Part shown: in pieces, positions 10,142 to 20,425 of the stretch
How the letters are laid out: every line of letters begins with the position of its first letter
Position numbering within the stretch: the first letter of the stretch is position 1
From: Thermoanaerobaculia bacterium
Lineage (GTDB): Bacteria; Acidobacteriota; Thermoanaerobaculia; Multivoradales; Multivoraceae
Length of the DNA stretch: 64,000 bases
Assembly: GCA_963666565.1 (NCBI GenBank)
Contig: OY762911.1
Coordinates: forward strand, 672,001 to 736,000
Direction of reading: 5' to 3'
Program-made: the position numbers and the translations under genes
The notes under the pieces: generated by a model
Seen by the model: the letters and a program-made list of their open reading frames with translations, nothing else
The model's database searches: none
Told to the model about the DNA's origin: nothing

Positions 10142-10819
10142 ATGCCCCGGCACAACCGAACCGCATTCCGGACCGCGTTCTTCGTCTTGGTCAGTACAGG
10201 TGTCTCGTTCGCTTACATCGGTTGCCAGGGCACGGAGGGTCCGGAGGAATCCGGGCCCAGCCGGATCGTCCTCCACGGGCCCGGGCTCGGCCTCGCCGAT
10301 CTGCCCGACGGCTGCGCGCAGGTGGAAACCGGCGAGCATCCGCTGGAGCTCTCCTGCGAGCTGCTCGAGACGACGGAAACCCCGGCCGGGCCCGCGGGCA
10401 CGATCCGCCTGGAGCTGGGCGAGCCAACAGCGAGCCACATCGAACTGGCGGAAGTCTCCGCGCTCGACGCCATCCGGGAGGAGCAGCGGCCGCTGTTCGA
10501 GGCGCTGCCCGGAGGCGAGTTCCTGGGCGTCGGCGGCGCGCTCTTCTACGGCCCCTTCGGACCCGCGCGCTACTCCCGCGGCCGGTTCCAGGCCGAGGAC
10601 GGAACGGCCCTCCAGCGCATTCGCCTCTTCATGGTCCATCCCCTGGAAAACCGGGTCGTCAGCCTCGTCTACGACCATCCCTCGGGCGACAACGCGGACA
10701 CGGCGGCGCGGGTCAACAACCATCTCCTCATCCTCCTGGAGAACTTCCGGACCGCGGACGAACTCCTGGCCGAGGAGGGGGACGGGGAGGGCGCGGCGGA
10801 GGCGCCGGCGACCGACTGA
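10142..10819 (+). CDS. Putative lipoprotein, hypothetical
   Basis: Hydrophobic N-terminus ending AYIGC (lipobox-like); coding-like codon usage. Confidence 0.65.
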   Translation: MPRHNRTAFRTAFFVLVSTGVSFAYIGCQGTEGPEESGPSRIVLHGPGLGLADLPDGCAQVETGEHPLELSCELLETTETPAGPAGTIRLELGEPTASHIELAEVSALDAIREEQRPLFEALPGGEFLGVGGALFYGPFGPARYSRGRFQAEDGTALQRIRLFMVHPLENRVVSLVYDHPSGDNADTAARVNNHLLILLENFRTADELLAEEGDGEGAAEAPATD

Positions 10820-10873
10820 TCCCCGGTCCCTTCGCGACGTTCGCGGCGCCCGCGTTCCGGGAGGCCGCTGAAC

Positions 10874-12016
10874 GTGTTCCGCGCCCCCTGGCTCGCCGAC
10901 GAGGACGAACTCCTCGCGCCCGAACCCGCCGAGCGGGAGGCGCCGGGGCCGTGGCGGCCGCGCTGGTACCGCCCAGGCCAGCGCGTCGGGCCGAAGACCC
11001 TCGCCGTCTTCACCCGGCAACTGGCCGTCCTGCTGGACGCGGGCCTGCCCCTGCTCCAGGGCCTGGAGATCCTGAGCATCCAGGGCCAGCACGCGGGGCT
11101 TCGCGCCATTCTGCTGGAGGTGCGCTCCGAGGTCCAAGCGGGGTCCAGCCTGGCGGAAGCGATGAAGCGGCGGCCGCGGGCGTTCAACGACCTGTACGTC
11201 AACCTGGTGGCCGCGGGCGAGGCCAGCGGCGCGCTCCACGCGGTGATGGAGCGGCTCGCCACCCACATCGAGAAGGTGGCGAAGCTGCGCAACCAGGTCC
11301 GCTCCGCCCTCACCTACCCGGCCGCCATCCTCACCGTCGCCGCCGCGGTCGTGTTTCTCATCCTGTGGAAGGTGATTCCCGTGTTTCGGCTCGTCTTCGA
11401 GGACCTGGGAGGCGACCTTCCGTTCCTGACGCGGCTGGTGGTCGGCGTCAGCGAGTTCATCGGCGCCTGGGCGCTCGTCCTGCTGGGCGGCGGCGCGGCG
11501 GCGGCATTCGCGGCGAACCGGCTGCTCCGCACCCGCCGGGGCCGGCAATGGGCCGACCGGCTGGCGCTGCGGCTGCCGCTCGTCGGCAAGCTGCTGCTGC
11601 GGATCGTCGTGGGACGCGCCTGCCGCACCCTCTCCGTCCTGCTGGCCTCGGGCATACCGATCCTCGAGGCGCTGGGCACCGCCGCCGGCGCCGCCGGCAA
11701 CACGGTCGTCGAAGGAGCGCTGCGAACCGTCCGCGGCGAAGTCGAGCAGGGCGGCTCGATCCACGCCTCGCTGCGGGCGACGAACGTCTTCCCGACGATG
11801 CTCTGCCAGATCGTCCATGTCGGCGAACAGACCGGCACGCTGGGTCCGATGCTCGACCGCATCGCCGACTTCTACGAGCAGGAGGTCGACGCTGACGTCG
11901 ACAGCCTGATGAAGCTGCTCGAACCGGCGCTGATCACCGTGCTCGGCGTGGTGATCGGCGTCATCGTCATTTCGATGTACCTGCCGATGTACTCGGCGTT
12001 GACCCGAATCGGCTGA
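10874..12016 (+). CDS. Type II secretion system F / PilC-family inner-membrane platform protein
   Basis: FTRQLAVLLDAGLPL, AGEASG, ALTYP, GEQTG, LLEP..MYLPM. Confidence 0.92.
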   Translation: MFRAPWLADEDELLAPEPAEREAPGPWRPRWYRPGQRVGPKTLAVFTRQLAVLLDAGLPLLQGLEILSIQGQHAGLRAILLEVRSEVQAGSSLAEAMKRRPRAFNDLYVNLVAAGEASGALHAVMERLATHIEKVAKLRNQVRSALTYPAAILTVAAAVVFLILWKVIPVFRLVFEDLGGDLPFLTRLVVGVSEFIGAWALVLLGGGAAAAFAANRLLRTRRGRQWADRLALRLPLVGKLLLRIVVGRACRTLSVLLASGIPILEALGTAAGAAGNTVVEGALRTVRGEVEQGGSIHASLRATNVFPTMLCQIVHVGEQTGTLGPMLDRIADFYEQEVDADVDSLMKLLEPALITVLGVVIGVIVISMYLPMYSALTRIG

Positions 12017-12070
12017 GGGCGCCCGGCGGAACCGTTGACGGCGGGCCGCCGGCTCGGATAACAACGCGCC

Positions 12071-13378
12071 ATGCTCTCTCCCGAGGACGCCTGGGCCGCC
12101 GTTGCCGCGGAAGCGGAGACGCTCGGCAGCGAGCGGGTGACTCGCGCCGCCGCGGTCGGCCGGATCCTTGCCGAGGGTCTGACCGCGACCGTCGACGTGC
12201 CCGCCCACGACGTCTCGGCGATGGACGGCTTCGCTCTCGGCGGCGACGTCGAGCCGGGCGCCGTCCTGCCGGTCGGCGGCATCGTGGCCGCCGGCGACCC
12301 TCCCGGAGCGGAACTCCGCCCCGGCACGGCCCTGCGGATCATGACCGGAGCACCAACGCCGGCCGGCGCCGACCGCGTGGTCCCGATCGAACAGACCGAG
12401 TTCGACGCCGGCGCCGCGGGAACCGATGGGTGCGCGGGTCTTCCGACCCGCCGGGTGCGCGGGTCTTCCGACCCGCTTCCGCCGAAGGGAGCGTCCGCCG
12501 CCGGCACGGGCACGGTCCGCATCGTGGAAACCGTGCCCGCGGGGCGCCACATCCGCCGCCAGGCCGAGGTCACGGCGGCCGGAGGACCGCTGCTCGCCGA
12601 GGGAGAGCTGCTGACCCCCGGCGGGGCCGGCGTGCTGGCGACCCACGGCATCCACGAAGCACGGGTCGTTCGGCGTCCGGCCGTCGCCACGCTCTCCACC
12701 GGCGACGAGGTCGTCCCCGCCGAAGCCGAACCCGGCCCCGGTCAGCTTCGCGACTCCCACCGCGACTTTCTCCGCGCGGCTCTCTCGCAACTCGGCATCG
12801 AGGCCCGCTCGCTCGGCATCGCGCGGGACGACCCGGCCGAGCTGCGCGCCAAGGTCGAACGCGGCCTCGACGCCGACGTCCTCCTGATCTCCGGCGGCGT
12901 CTCCATGGGCGAGTTCGACTTCGTCGAGCAGGTCCTGGGCGACACCGGCGTCGGTTGCCGCATCCTGTTCGACGCGGTCGCCATCCAGCCGGGAAAACCG
13001 GTCGTTGCCGCCCGCCACGACAGGGGCTGGGTGTTCGGTCTGCCCGGCAACCCGGCCTCGGCGATGGTCACCTACTGGCTGTTCGTGCGGCCGCTCCTGC
13101 GGCGCATGACCGGCACGGACGATGGCTACTGGCGGGGCGCGCTCCGGGGGCGGCTCAAGGGCGGCCTGCCGCCGGCCAAGGGCCGCGACCGCTTCCTGCC
13201 CTGCCGGCTCGAGACGTCGTCCGGCGAAGTGCTGGTCGATCCCCGGTCGCCCCTCGGCTCCCACGACCTCGTGGCCTACGGCGCCGGCGCCGGCCTCGTG
13301 CGCGTGCCGAAGTTCAGTGCCCCGGCCGTCGCGGGAGATCCCTGCGAAGCGCTGCCCCTGGGTGCGCGGATCCCCTGA
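12071..13378 (+). CDS. moeA: Molybdopterin molybdotransferase (contains in-frame REP insertion)
   Basis: SAMDGFA, RIMTGA, STGDEV, SGGVSMGEFD, PGKP, GLPGNP. Confidence 0.95.
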   Translation: MLSPEDAWAAVAAEAETLGSERVTRAAAVGRILAEGLTATVDVPAHDVSAMDGFALGGDVEPGAVLPVGGIVAAGDPPGAELRPGTALRIMTGAPTPAGADRVVPIEQTEFDAGAAGTDGCAGLPTRRVRGSSDPLPPKGASAAGTGTVRIVETVPAGRHIRRQAEVTAAGGPLLAEGELLTPGGAGVLATHGIHEARVVRRPAVATLSTGDEVVPAEAEPGPGQLRDSHRDFLRAALSQLGIEARSLGIARDDPAELRAKVERGLDADVLLISGGVSMGEFDFVEQVLGDTGVGCRILFDAVAIQPGKPVVAARHDRGWVFGLPGNPASAMVTYWLFVRPLLRRMTGTDDGYWRGALRGRLKGGLPPAKGRDRFLPCRLETSSGEVLVDPRSPLGSHDLVAYGAGAGLVRVPKFSAPAVAGDPCEALPLGARIP

Positions 13379-13477
13379 CCCGCCGCCGGCACAGCCAGCC
13401 AGGAATCGCGCCGGCCGCCAGGCCGGCGCCGCCCGAAGTACTCCACGACACAACCGCTGCTACAATCCCGCGCCGCC

Positions 13478-13822
13478 ATGCCTCTCTACGAGTACCAGTG
13501 CAACGACTGCGACGCCACGCTGGAGACCATCCAGGCATTCTCCGCGCCACCGCTGGAGGAATGCCCCGAGTGCGGCCGGCCCAGCCTGAAGAAGCTGCTG
13601 TCCGCGCCCGCCTTCCAGTTCAAGGGCAGCGGCTGGTACGTGAACGACTACGCCCGCAAGGACAACGCCAACGGCGGCAAGTCCAACGGCGCATCCGCGA
13701 ACGACAGCGGCGCGGACACCAACGGCAAGACCGCAAAGTCGTCGTCCGACTCAAGCAAGAAGGCGAAGAAGTCCGCATCCTCCCCCTCGAAGAGCGAGTC
13801 GTCCAGCGCCGCCACGCCGTAA
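13478..13822 (+). CDS. FmdB-family zinc-ribbon protein
   Basis: MPLYEYQCNDC...CPECG...FKGSGWY followed by a Ser/Lys-rich tail. Confidence 0.92.
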   Translation: MPLYEYQCNDCDATLETIQAFSAPPLEECPECGRPSLKKLLSAPAFQFKGSGWYVNDYARKDNANGGKSNGASANDSGADTNGKTAKSSSDSSKKAKKSASSPSKSESSSAATP

Positions 13823-13892
13823 CGCCAGCGGATCCGCAATTCCCTGCAAGCGGGGTGGCTGCAGGAGGCCCTCAGCGGCCAACGCCGGCCAG

Positions 13893-14066
13893 CCGGTCGG
13901 GAGGCCAGGGGGCGGATGCCAGGGAGCTTGGAGCGAGCGACGCCCGACGCCGTGACGCGAACCGCTTGCCGACCGGAGCGAGCGGAATGCAGTGAGCGCC
14001 ACCCTCTCCAATCATCCGACAAGGCGCGAACGGTCGCTGGCATCCGCCCCCTGGCCTCCTGACCGG
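13893..14066. repeat. MITE-like element with 30-bp inverted arms (second repeat family)
   Basis: CCGGTCGGGAGGCCAGGGGGCGGATGCCAG (13893-13922) and its near-perfect inverse (14037-14066); interior resembles 21442-21601. Confidence 0.6.
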
Positions 14067-14078
14067 CGGGCGAGCACT

Positions 14079-14177
14079 TGGCGGAAGCGCATGGGAATCG
14101 AACCCACCCCCGGGGCGCATCACGCACCGGAAAACGGTTTTGAAGACCGCAGGAGGCACCAGCCCCCGAGCGCTTCC
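14079..14177 (-). tRNA. selC: tRNA-Sec (UCA)
   Basis: GGAAGCGC/GCGCTTCC acceptor stem, CTTCAAA anticodon loop, long variable arm, GTTCGATTC, GCCA end; 99 nt. Confidence 0.93.
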
Positions 14178-14232
14178 GCAGTCAGCATATCCTCGGCGTT
14201 CCGACCCGGAACCTGACGAGGAGCGCCCGACG

Positions 14233-14841
14233 ATGACCACACCGACCGCCGCCGACCCGCGCCGACCCGCGCCCCTGCTCGGCCTGACGCTCCTGCTTCT
14301 GGCATGCGGCGCGGAAGCGCCCGCCGAGGGAGGCGGCGCCGGCGCCCAGGAAACGCGGGAGACGGTGGAACTCTCCGAGCCCATCGCCGCCAGCGGCCTC
14401 TCCATCGCGCTGCCGGCCGCCTGGAACCGTCTGGCGCCGAGGTCGTCGATGCGCATGCTGGAGGCGGAGATCCCCGGTTCGGCCGGCCCCGGCGAGATCT
14501 CCGCGTACTACTTCGGACCCGGCGGAGGCGGCGGCCCGGCCGCCAACGTCGAACGGTGGAAGAGCCAGGTCGCGCTCGATCCCGGAGCGCCCGAGCCGAC
14601 CGTGCAGAGCCGCGAGAGCGGCGGCGTCCGCCGTACCTGGATCGAACTGGAAGGCACGGTCAAGGCGAGCACGATCGGCAGCTTCCCGACGACCGATCTG
14701 CACGACGGAGCGCTCTTCGGGGCCGTGATCGAAGCGCCCGGCGGTCCCTGGTACCTGCGCGCCGTCGGACCGGGCGCGACGATGAGGGAACAGCGCCAAG
14801 CGTTCCTGGCGATGCTCGACAGCGCCCGCCCCGAAGGCTAG
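14233..14841 (+). CDS. Putative lipoprotein, hypothetical
   Basis: LLLLAC lipobox; ANVERWKSQ and GPWYLRAVGP motifs. Confidence 0.75.
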   Translation: MTTPTAADPRRPAPLLGLTLLLLACGAEAPAEGGGAGAQETRETVELSEPIAASGLSIALPAAWNRLAPRSSMRMLEAEIPGSAGPGEISAYYFGPGGGGGPAANVERWKSQVALDPGAPEPTVQSRESGGVRRTWIELEGTVKASTIGSFPTTDLHDGALFGAVIEAPGGPWYLRAVGPGATMREQRQAFLAMLDSARPEG

Positions 14842-14935
14842 GAGCATGCGCCGCAGAACGCGGCGAAGCGGCGTCGGAGGCACCCGCCCGTCTTGGGTCA
14901 GGAGGGGTCGGCCGCGCACCGAGCGGACCGAAACG

Positions 14936-15011
<76 letters not shown>

Positions 15012-15153
15012 ACGGGTCGGCGGCGCGCGAGTGTAGCAGCCTCGGTTGGCGCTCGCCGCCGAAAGCGGATCCGGCCTGACGGGCCGGTGTTGTCTCCGGC
15101 CGCCTTCGGCGGCAGCGGGTCGGAAGACCCGCGCACCGACAGGCGGCGAACGT

Positions 15154-15705
15154 CTAGAACTGGTACGCCAGCCCGGCGTGGACCGTGGCGTGGGTGCTGG
15201 CGGCGTCGAGGTCCGCGTAGTGGCCCGCCAGGTCGACCAGGATCGAGAACCGCTCGTTGATCGGAAACTCGCCCGTGACGCCCAGGGTCAGGCCGACTCC
15301 CTCTTCGCTCTCGACTCCGTCGCCGAGCTGGTAGACGCCGAGGCCCATGAACACGCCCGACTCGTAGTACAGGTCGTTGAATCGGTACTCGCCGGCGATC
15401 GTCGCGTAGCGGAAGGTCGGGCTGACCAGGGCGCCCACCTGGTCGCCGCTCAGGTCCATGCTGCCGAAGCGCACGCCGACCGAGGTCCGCGGCTGGGTCC
15501 GCCACGAGAAGCTCGCCAGAAAGCCCGTGTGGTCGAGCCCGCCGTCCGGCTCTCCGTCGAGGCTGCCGCCGAAGGTCGGTCCCAGCGAGACGGTGTAGCT
15601 GTACCGCTCCTGGGCTTCGACGGCCGCGGCGCCCGCCAGAAGCAGCAGGAGGGCCGCCAGCGCCGGAACGGCGGCGGCCCGAGGTCTTGGATGCGATGAG
15701 GTCAA
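15154..15705 (-). CDS. Outer-membrane beta-barrel protein
   Basis: Signal peptide, alternating amphipathic strands, C-terminal GLAYQF. Confidence 0.82.
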   Translation of the reverse strand: MTSSHPRPRAAAVPALAALLLLLAGAAAVEAQERYSYTVSLGPTFGGSLDGEPDGGLDHTGFLASFSWRTQPRTSVGVRFGSMDLSGDQVGALVSPTFRYATIAGEYRFNDLYYESGVFMGLGVYQLGDGVESEEGVGLTLGVTGEFPINERFSILVDLAGHYADLDAASTHATVHAGLAYQF

Positions 15706-16011
15706 GAGAATCTCCCGAGTTTCCCGCGCCGCGCAGTATAGACGCGGGTGGAATCCGTCCTTGTCGACAGGATGATCCGAAACCGCCCACCCGTGCGCGG
15801 ACTGCCCAGGCGGCGCCGGACCGACGGCCGGCGGCGTTACCGGGCCGCCTTCGGCGGCGGCGGGTCAGAGGACCCGCGCACCCGGCAGGCCGCCTCCCGG
15901 CGACTGTCCACTTCCTTGTACGGATCGGCGAGGCGAAACGTCCTCGCGGCGCGGATCCGGTCCGGCGCGCCGCGCCCGGGCCGGCGCCGGTCGCGGCTGG
16001 TCCGGGGCTGC

Positions 16012-16749
16012 ATGCGGCTGGCCCGGCGCTTCCCCGCCTTTGCCCTCCGGCTGCTCCTGCCCCGGCCCTGCCTCGCCTGCTCGGCGCCGGCCGACCGGGA
16101 GTTCGGCCTGTGCGCGGACTGCCGGCGCCTGCTCGCGCCTCCGCCCCCTGCCGCGGTCGCCGAAGGCGACTCGGCAAGCCGCGAGCCGGGGGCCGAAGCG
16201 CGTTCGTCGCGTCCGCCCCGCGGAGACCCGGCCGCCGAAGACTGCCCGGACGACTGCGACGCCTGCCTCTGGCTCCGGGCCTACGGTCCGCCGTTCGACC
16301 GGGTCGTCCTGGGCCTGAAGTACCGCCGACTCGACTACTTGGGCCGCCACATCGCCGGCGAAGCCGTCGCCTGCCTGGGCGCCGAACTGAAGCGGGCGGA
16401 CGTCGTCGTGCCCGTGCCGATGCACTGGCGCCGCCGGCTCGCCCGCGGCCGCAACCACGCCGAGTCGATCGCCCGTCCGCTCGCCCTGGGCCTCGGCCTC
16501 CCCCTGTCGCCCGCGCTGAGGAGGCGGACCCTGGGCCAGCGGCAGGTCGGCCGGGGACGCCGCGAGCGGCTGGCGAACCCGGGAATCGCCTTCGCCTGCC
16601 GCAGACCCGCCGCTGTCCGCGACCGGGTCGTGCTCCTGGTCGACGATGTGGTCACCACCGGCGCCACGGCCAGCGGCGCCGCGCGCGCCCTCAAGGCGGC
16701 GGGCGCCGCCAAGGTCGTCGTTTTCGCCGCCGCGCGCACGCCCGCCTGA
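16012..16749 (+). CDS. comF: ComF-family double zinc ribbon / phosphoribosyltransferase protein
   Basis: PCLACS..LCADC, LKY, VPVPMH..RGRNH, LLVDDVVTTGAT; start chosen at ATG 16012. Confidence 0.85.
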   Translation: MRLARRFPAFALRLLLPRPCLACSAPADREFGLCADCRRLLAPPPPAAVAEGDSASREPGAEARSSRPPRGDPAAEDCPDDCDACLWLRAYGPPFDRVVLGLKYRRLDYLGRHIAGEAVACLGAELKRADVVVPVPMHWRRRLARGRNHAESIARPLALGLGLPLSPALRRRTLGQRQVGRGRRERLANPGIAFACRRPAAVRDRVVLLVDDVVTTGATASGAARALKAAGAAKVVVFAAARTPA

Positions 16750-16777
16750 ACGGCGTCCGCTATAGTGACGTGCAGCA

Positions 16778-18834
16778 TGACCTGCCGGCTGCATCCCGGC
16801 GACTCCCGGCTGGCCGCCGCGCGAGCCCGCGCGCTCTCGGCCGGAGTCCTCGCGCCCGTCGCCGCGGCGGCCCTTCTGGGGGCCGCGCCCCTCCGGGCCG
16901 GCCTCGACGTGCCGAGCCTGGGCGATCCGCTGGCCGGACGACTGATCGGCAGCGTCCACGCCGGCAAGGCGCCGCTGCCGGCGGCCCGGGTCTACGTATA
17001 CGACGTCGCCGACCGCAGCAAGCGGAAGACGACGACCGACCGCTTCGGCCGCTACGCCTTTCAGCCCCTGCCGGCCGGCGTCTACAAGGTCGTCGCCCAC
17101 CGGCCGGGGTTCGTGCCGGCGGTGGCGGAACTCGTTCGGACCACCGGCGAGTCCGTCCAGTCGCTCGATTTCGAGCTCGGCGCCCGCGAGCGCCGGCCCG
17201 CCGGCGAGAAGACCGACGACGGCGAGGACGACTTCTGGTCCGTCCGCCAGCGCATCCCGAGCGACGTCCTGCGCCAGATCCAGATCGCCGAGGCGATAGC
17301 GGGCAACCAGGACTGGGCGCTCGAATCGGCCGTCCAGCGCGAGCGCTTCGAGGCCGAACTGCGGACCCTGTCGGGCATCGAGGACGCGGGCGGCGACGCC
17401 GGCGCCCGGGTCCACGGCGGCCAGTTCGACCTGCGCAGCCGGTTCGGCGAGACGCAGCTCGCCCTGCGGTCCGACCTCCGCGAGTTCGAGCGTCAGGCGT
17501 TCGACCGGGATCGCCGGCAGTTGGGCGACAGCCAGGCGTTCGCCCTCGACGTGAACCACCGCGGCTCGAACGTCCGGATCACGTCCCAGCGGCACCGATT
17601 CCGCGGCACGGACGCCGCCGCCTGGGACGACTGGGGCCCGGCCCCGTTCGAGGGCCTGGAGAGCTACGGCGTGCGGGTCGAACAGGCGGCCGGCCGGGGC
17701 GGCGCCCACTTCGAGGCCCGCTACACCGCCGACCGCAACTACCACCACGGTTTCGGCGACCTCTACGCCGGCCGGAGCGGCATGCACAGCATGGCGATGG
17801 CGGCCATCGACTCGCCCATGTCCTCGACCACCGTCGAGTTCCGGGGCGGCTACGAGCGGCAGATCACGGCCAACACCTCGCTCGAGGCCGGGCTGAGCTA
17901 TCGCGAGCGGCAGGCGTACGGGAACGCGCCGTTCTCGACCTGGGGCGAAGGTCCGCACCAGCGGTTCGACGTGTTCAGCCAGGGCGCCTGGGAGATCCAG
18001 CCCACGGTCGTCCTCGAGTACGGGATGTTCAGCACCCTGAGCGACGGCAGCGTCTCCTTCACGCCCCGCGCCGGCTTCGTGGTGGAACTGGGTTCCCGCT
18101 GGCTGGCCGCCTTTGCCGCCAGCGAGAGGGTGGACTCGGAACACCTCCTCTTCCGCGACTTCCTGCAGGTCCAGTACCACGACGACGACGCCTGCACGAC
18201 GACCTACGAGCACTGCTACCGGATCGAACTCGGCCGCCGGCTCGGCGCCGTGGACGACAGCCAGCGGGTCGACTTCGGCTTCACCCAGCGCCAGTTCGCG
18301 GACAGCGTCCGGCTGTACTTCAGCCGCGACATCTTCGAGCGGCTGGAGAGCCTGCTGCTGCTGGACGGCGACCAGGTCGCCGAACTCCACTTCGGGCTCC
18401 AGCAGCGCCTGGGCGACAAGATCCTGACCCGGGTCGACGCCTCGGCCGCCGACGGCGGAGGCGGCCTGCTCCGCGCCAAGGGCGCCGGCGGCAACCTGGA
18501 GAACCGGGTCCGTTACGTGGTCGCCAGCGTCGACACGCGGTTCGAGCGCAGTTCCACCGGCGTACTGGTCGCATTCCGCCGGGTCGACCAGGAGCTGTCG
18601 CCCCTGGCCCGCGGCGACAGGTCGCCGACCACCGGCCCGAACTCGGTGCTCTCCGTGGAGCGCCTGCAGGTCCTCCTGACCCAGGGGCTGCCGTGGATCA
18701 CCGGCACCGGCATCCACGACTGGGCGCTCCAGCTCGAGATGCAGCTCAGCCGCGGCCATCTCCCGGTCGATTCCAGCCAGGACCCGGATCAGTTCCGCCG
18801 CAGGGTCGTCGCTGGCATCGCGGTCCGTTTCTGA
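16778..18834 (+). CDS. Carboxypeptidase-regulatory-like domain outer-membrane barrel protein
   Basis: TTTDRFGRYAFQPLPAGVYKV domain, beta-rich C-terminal part ending IAVRF. Confidence 0.72.
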
Positions 18835-18926
18835 CGCCGCCGGGTGCGCTGGGTGCGCGGGTCTTCTGACCCGCTCCGGGCGGCGGCGCTACACTGGAGG
18901 AGCGACGCACTCGAGGAGGATCCCGG

Positions 18927-20321
18927 ATGTCCCTGCTGATTCGCAACGGACGCATCGTGACGGCGGTAGACGACTACCGCGCCGACATCTTCGTCGAGGA
19001 CGAGACCGTCTCGCTGATCGGCCGCGACCTGGACGTGGAGGCGGACCGGACGATCGACGCGGCGGGACGGCTGGTCATCCCGGGCGGCGTCGATCCGCAC
19101 ACCCACATGGACATGCCGTTCGGCGGCACGACGAGCGCCGACGACTTCGAAACCGGCACCCGGGCGGCCGCCTTCGGCGGCACGACGACGATCGTCGACT
19201 TCGCGATCCAGACCAAGGGGCACTCGACCCTCGAGGGCCTCGAGACCTGGCACGAGAAGGCCGCCGGCAAGGCGGGCATCGACTACGGCTTCCACATGAT
19301 CGTCACCGACATGGAGGACGACCGGCTGTGGGAGATGCGGCGGCTGGCCGACGAGGGCGTGACCTCCTACAAGATGTTCATGGCCTACCCGGGCGTGCTC
19401 TACGTGGACGACGGCACCCTGTTCCGGGCGATGCGCAAGGCCGGCGAGGACGGCACCCTGGTCTGCATGCATGCCGAGAACGGGATCGTCATCGACGAGA
19501 TCGTGAAGATCGCGCTCGCCGAGGGCAAGACGGCTCCGAAGTACCACGCTCTGACCCGGCCCACGCGGATGGAAGCCGAGGGCGTCCACCGTTCCATCGC
19601 GATCGCCGAGGTGGCCGGCGTGCCCGTCTACATCGTCCACCTGAGCTCCGCCGACGCGCTGGAACAGGTGACCCTGGCCCGCGACCGCGGCGCCCAGGTG
19701 TTCGCGGAAACCTGCCCGCAGTACCTCTTCCTGGACCTCAGCCACTACGACCACGACGACTTCGAGGGCGCCAAGTACGTGATGACGCCGCCGCTCCGCG
19801 AGAAGTGGAACCAGGAACACCTCTGGCGGGGGCTCGGCTTCGGCGACCTGCAGAGCATCTCGACCGACCACTGCCCCTTCTGCTTCAAGGACCAGAAGGT
19901 CCTCGGAATCGACGACTTCAGCAAGATCCCGAACGGCGGTCCGGGCGTCGAAAACCGGATGAGCCTGGTCTACAACGGCGGCGTCGTGGGCGGCCGGCTG
20001 TCGGTCAACAAGTTCGTCGAGCTGACCTCGACGGCGGCCGCCAAGCTGTTCGGACTGTTCCCGAAGAAGGGGACGATCGCCGTCGGCAGCGACGCGGACA
20101 TCGTCGTGTTCAACCCGGAGCGCCGCGAGACGATCAGCATCGACAACCCGCACACGCACCACATGAACGTGGACTACAACGCCTACGAGGGGACGGAGGT
20201 CCAGGGAGTCTCGGAGATCGTGATCAGCCGGGGCCGCGTGGTCGTCGAGGACAACGTCTGGCACGGGCGCGCCGGCGGGGGTAACTTCATCAAGCGGGGG
20301 CTGTTCGGCGGCCCGTTCTAA
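18927..20321 (+). CDS. hydA: Dihydropyrimidinase
   Basis: PGGVDPHTH, TSYKMFMAY, HAENG, VHLS, ETCPQYL, STDHCPF. Confidence 0.95.
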   Translation: MSLLIRNGRIVTAVDDYRADIFVEDETVSLIGRDLDVEADRTIDAAGRLVIPGGVDPHTHMDMPFGGTTSADDFETGTRAAAFGGTTTIVDFAIQTKGHSTLEGLETWHEKAAGKAGIDYGFHMIVTDMEDDRLWEMRRLADEGVTSYKMFMAYPGVLYVDDGTLFRAMRKAGEDGTLVCMHAENGIVIDEIVKIALAEGKTAPKYHALTRPTRMEAEGVHRSIAIAEVAGVPVYIVHLSSADALEQVTLARDRGAQVFAETCPQYLFLDLSHYDHDDFEGAKYVMTPPLREKWNQEHLWRGLGFGDLQSISTDHCPFCFKDQKVLGIDDFSKIPNGGPGVENRMSLVYNGGVVGGRLSVNKFVELTSTAAAKLFGLFPKKGTIAVGSDADIVVFNPERRETISIDNPHTHHMNVDYNAYEGTEVQGVSEIVISRGRVVVEDNVWHGRAGGGNFIKRGLFGGPF

Positions 20322-20425
20322 GCAATGCGGCGCCGGCCTTGCGGCCGGCGCGAGTATCCGGCCGCGTGCGGCGGCAGCGGGTCGGAAGACCCGCGCACCC
20401 AGTGGAGTCTGAGGGAGACAGGTAG

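Noticed and set aside
8729-13453. 1574-aa minus-strand ORF
   Set aside because: Only the last 442 aa (AsnB-like) look real; the rest is antisense to the lipoprotein, PilC-like and moeA genes, a high-GC shadow frame.
15687-18869. 1060-aa plus and 964-aa minus Arg/Pro-rich ORFs
   Set aside because: Alternative-frame shadows of comF and the outer-membrane protein; no motifs and biased composition.
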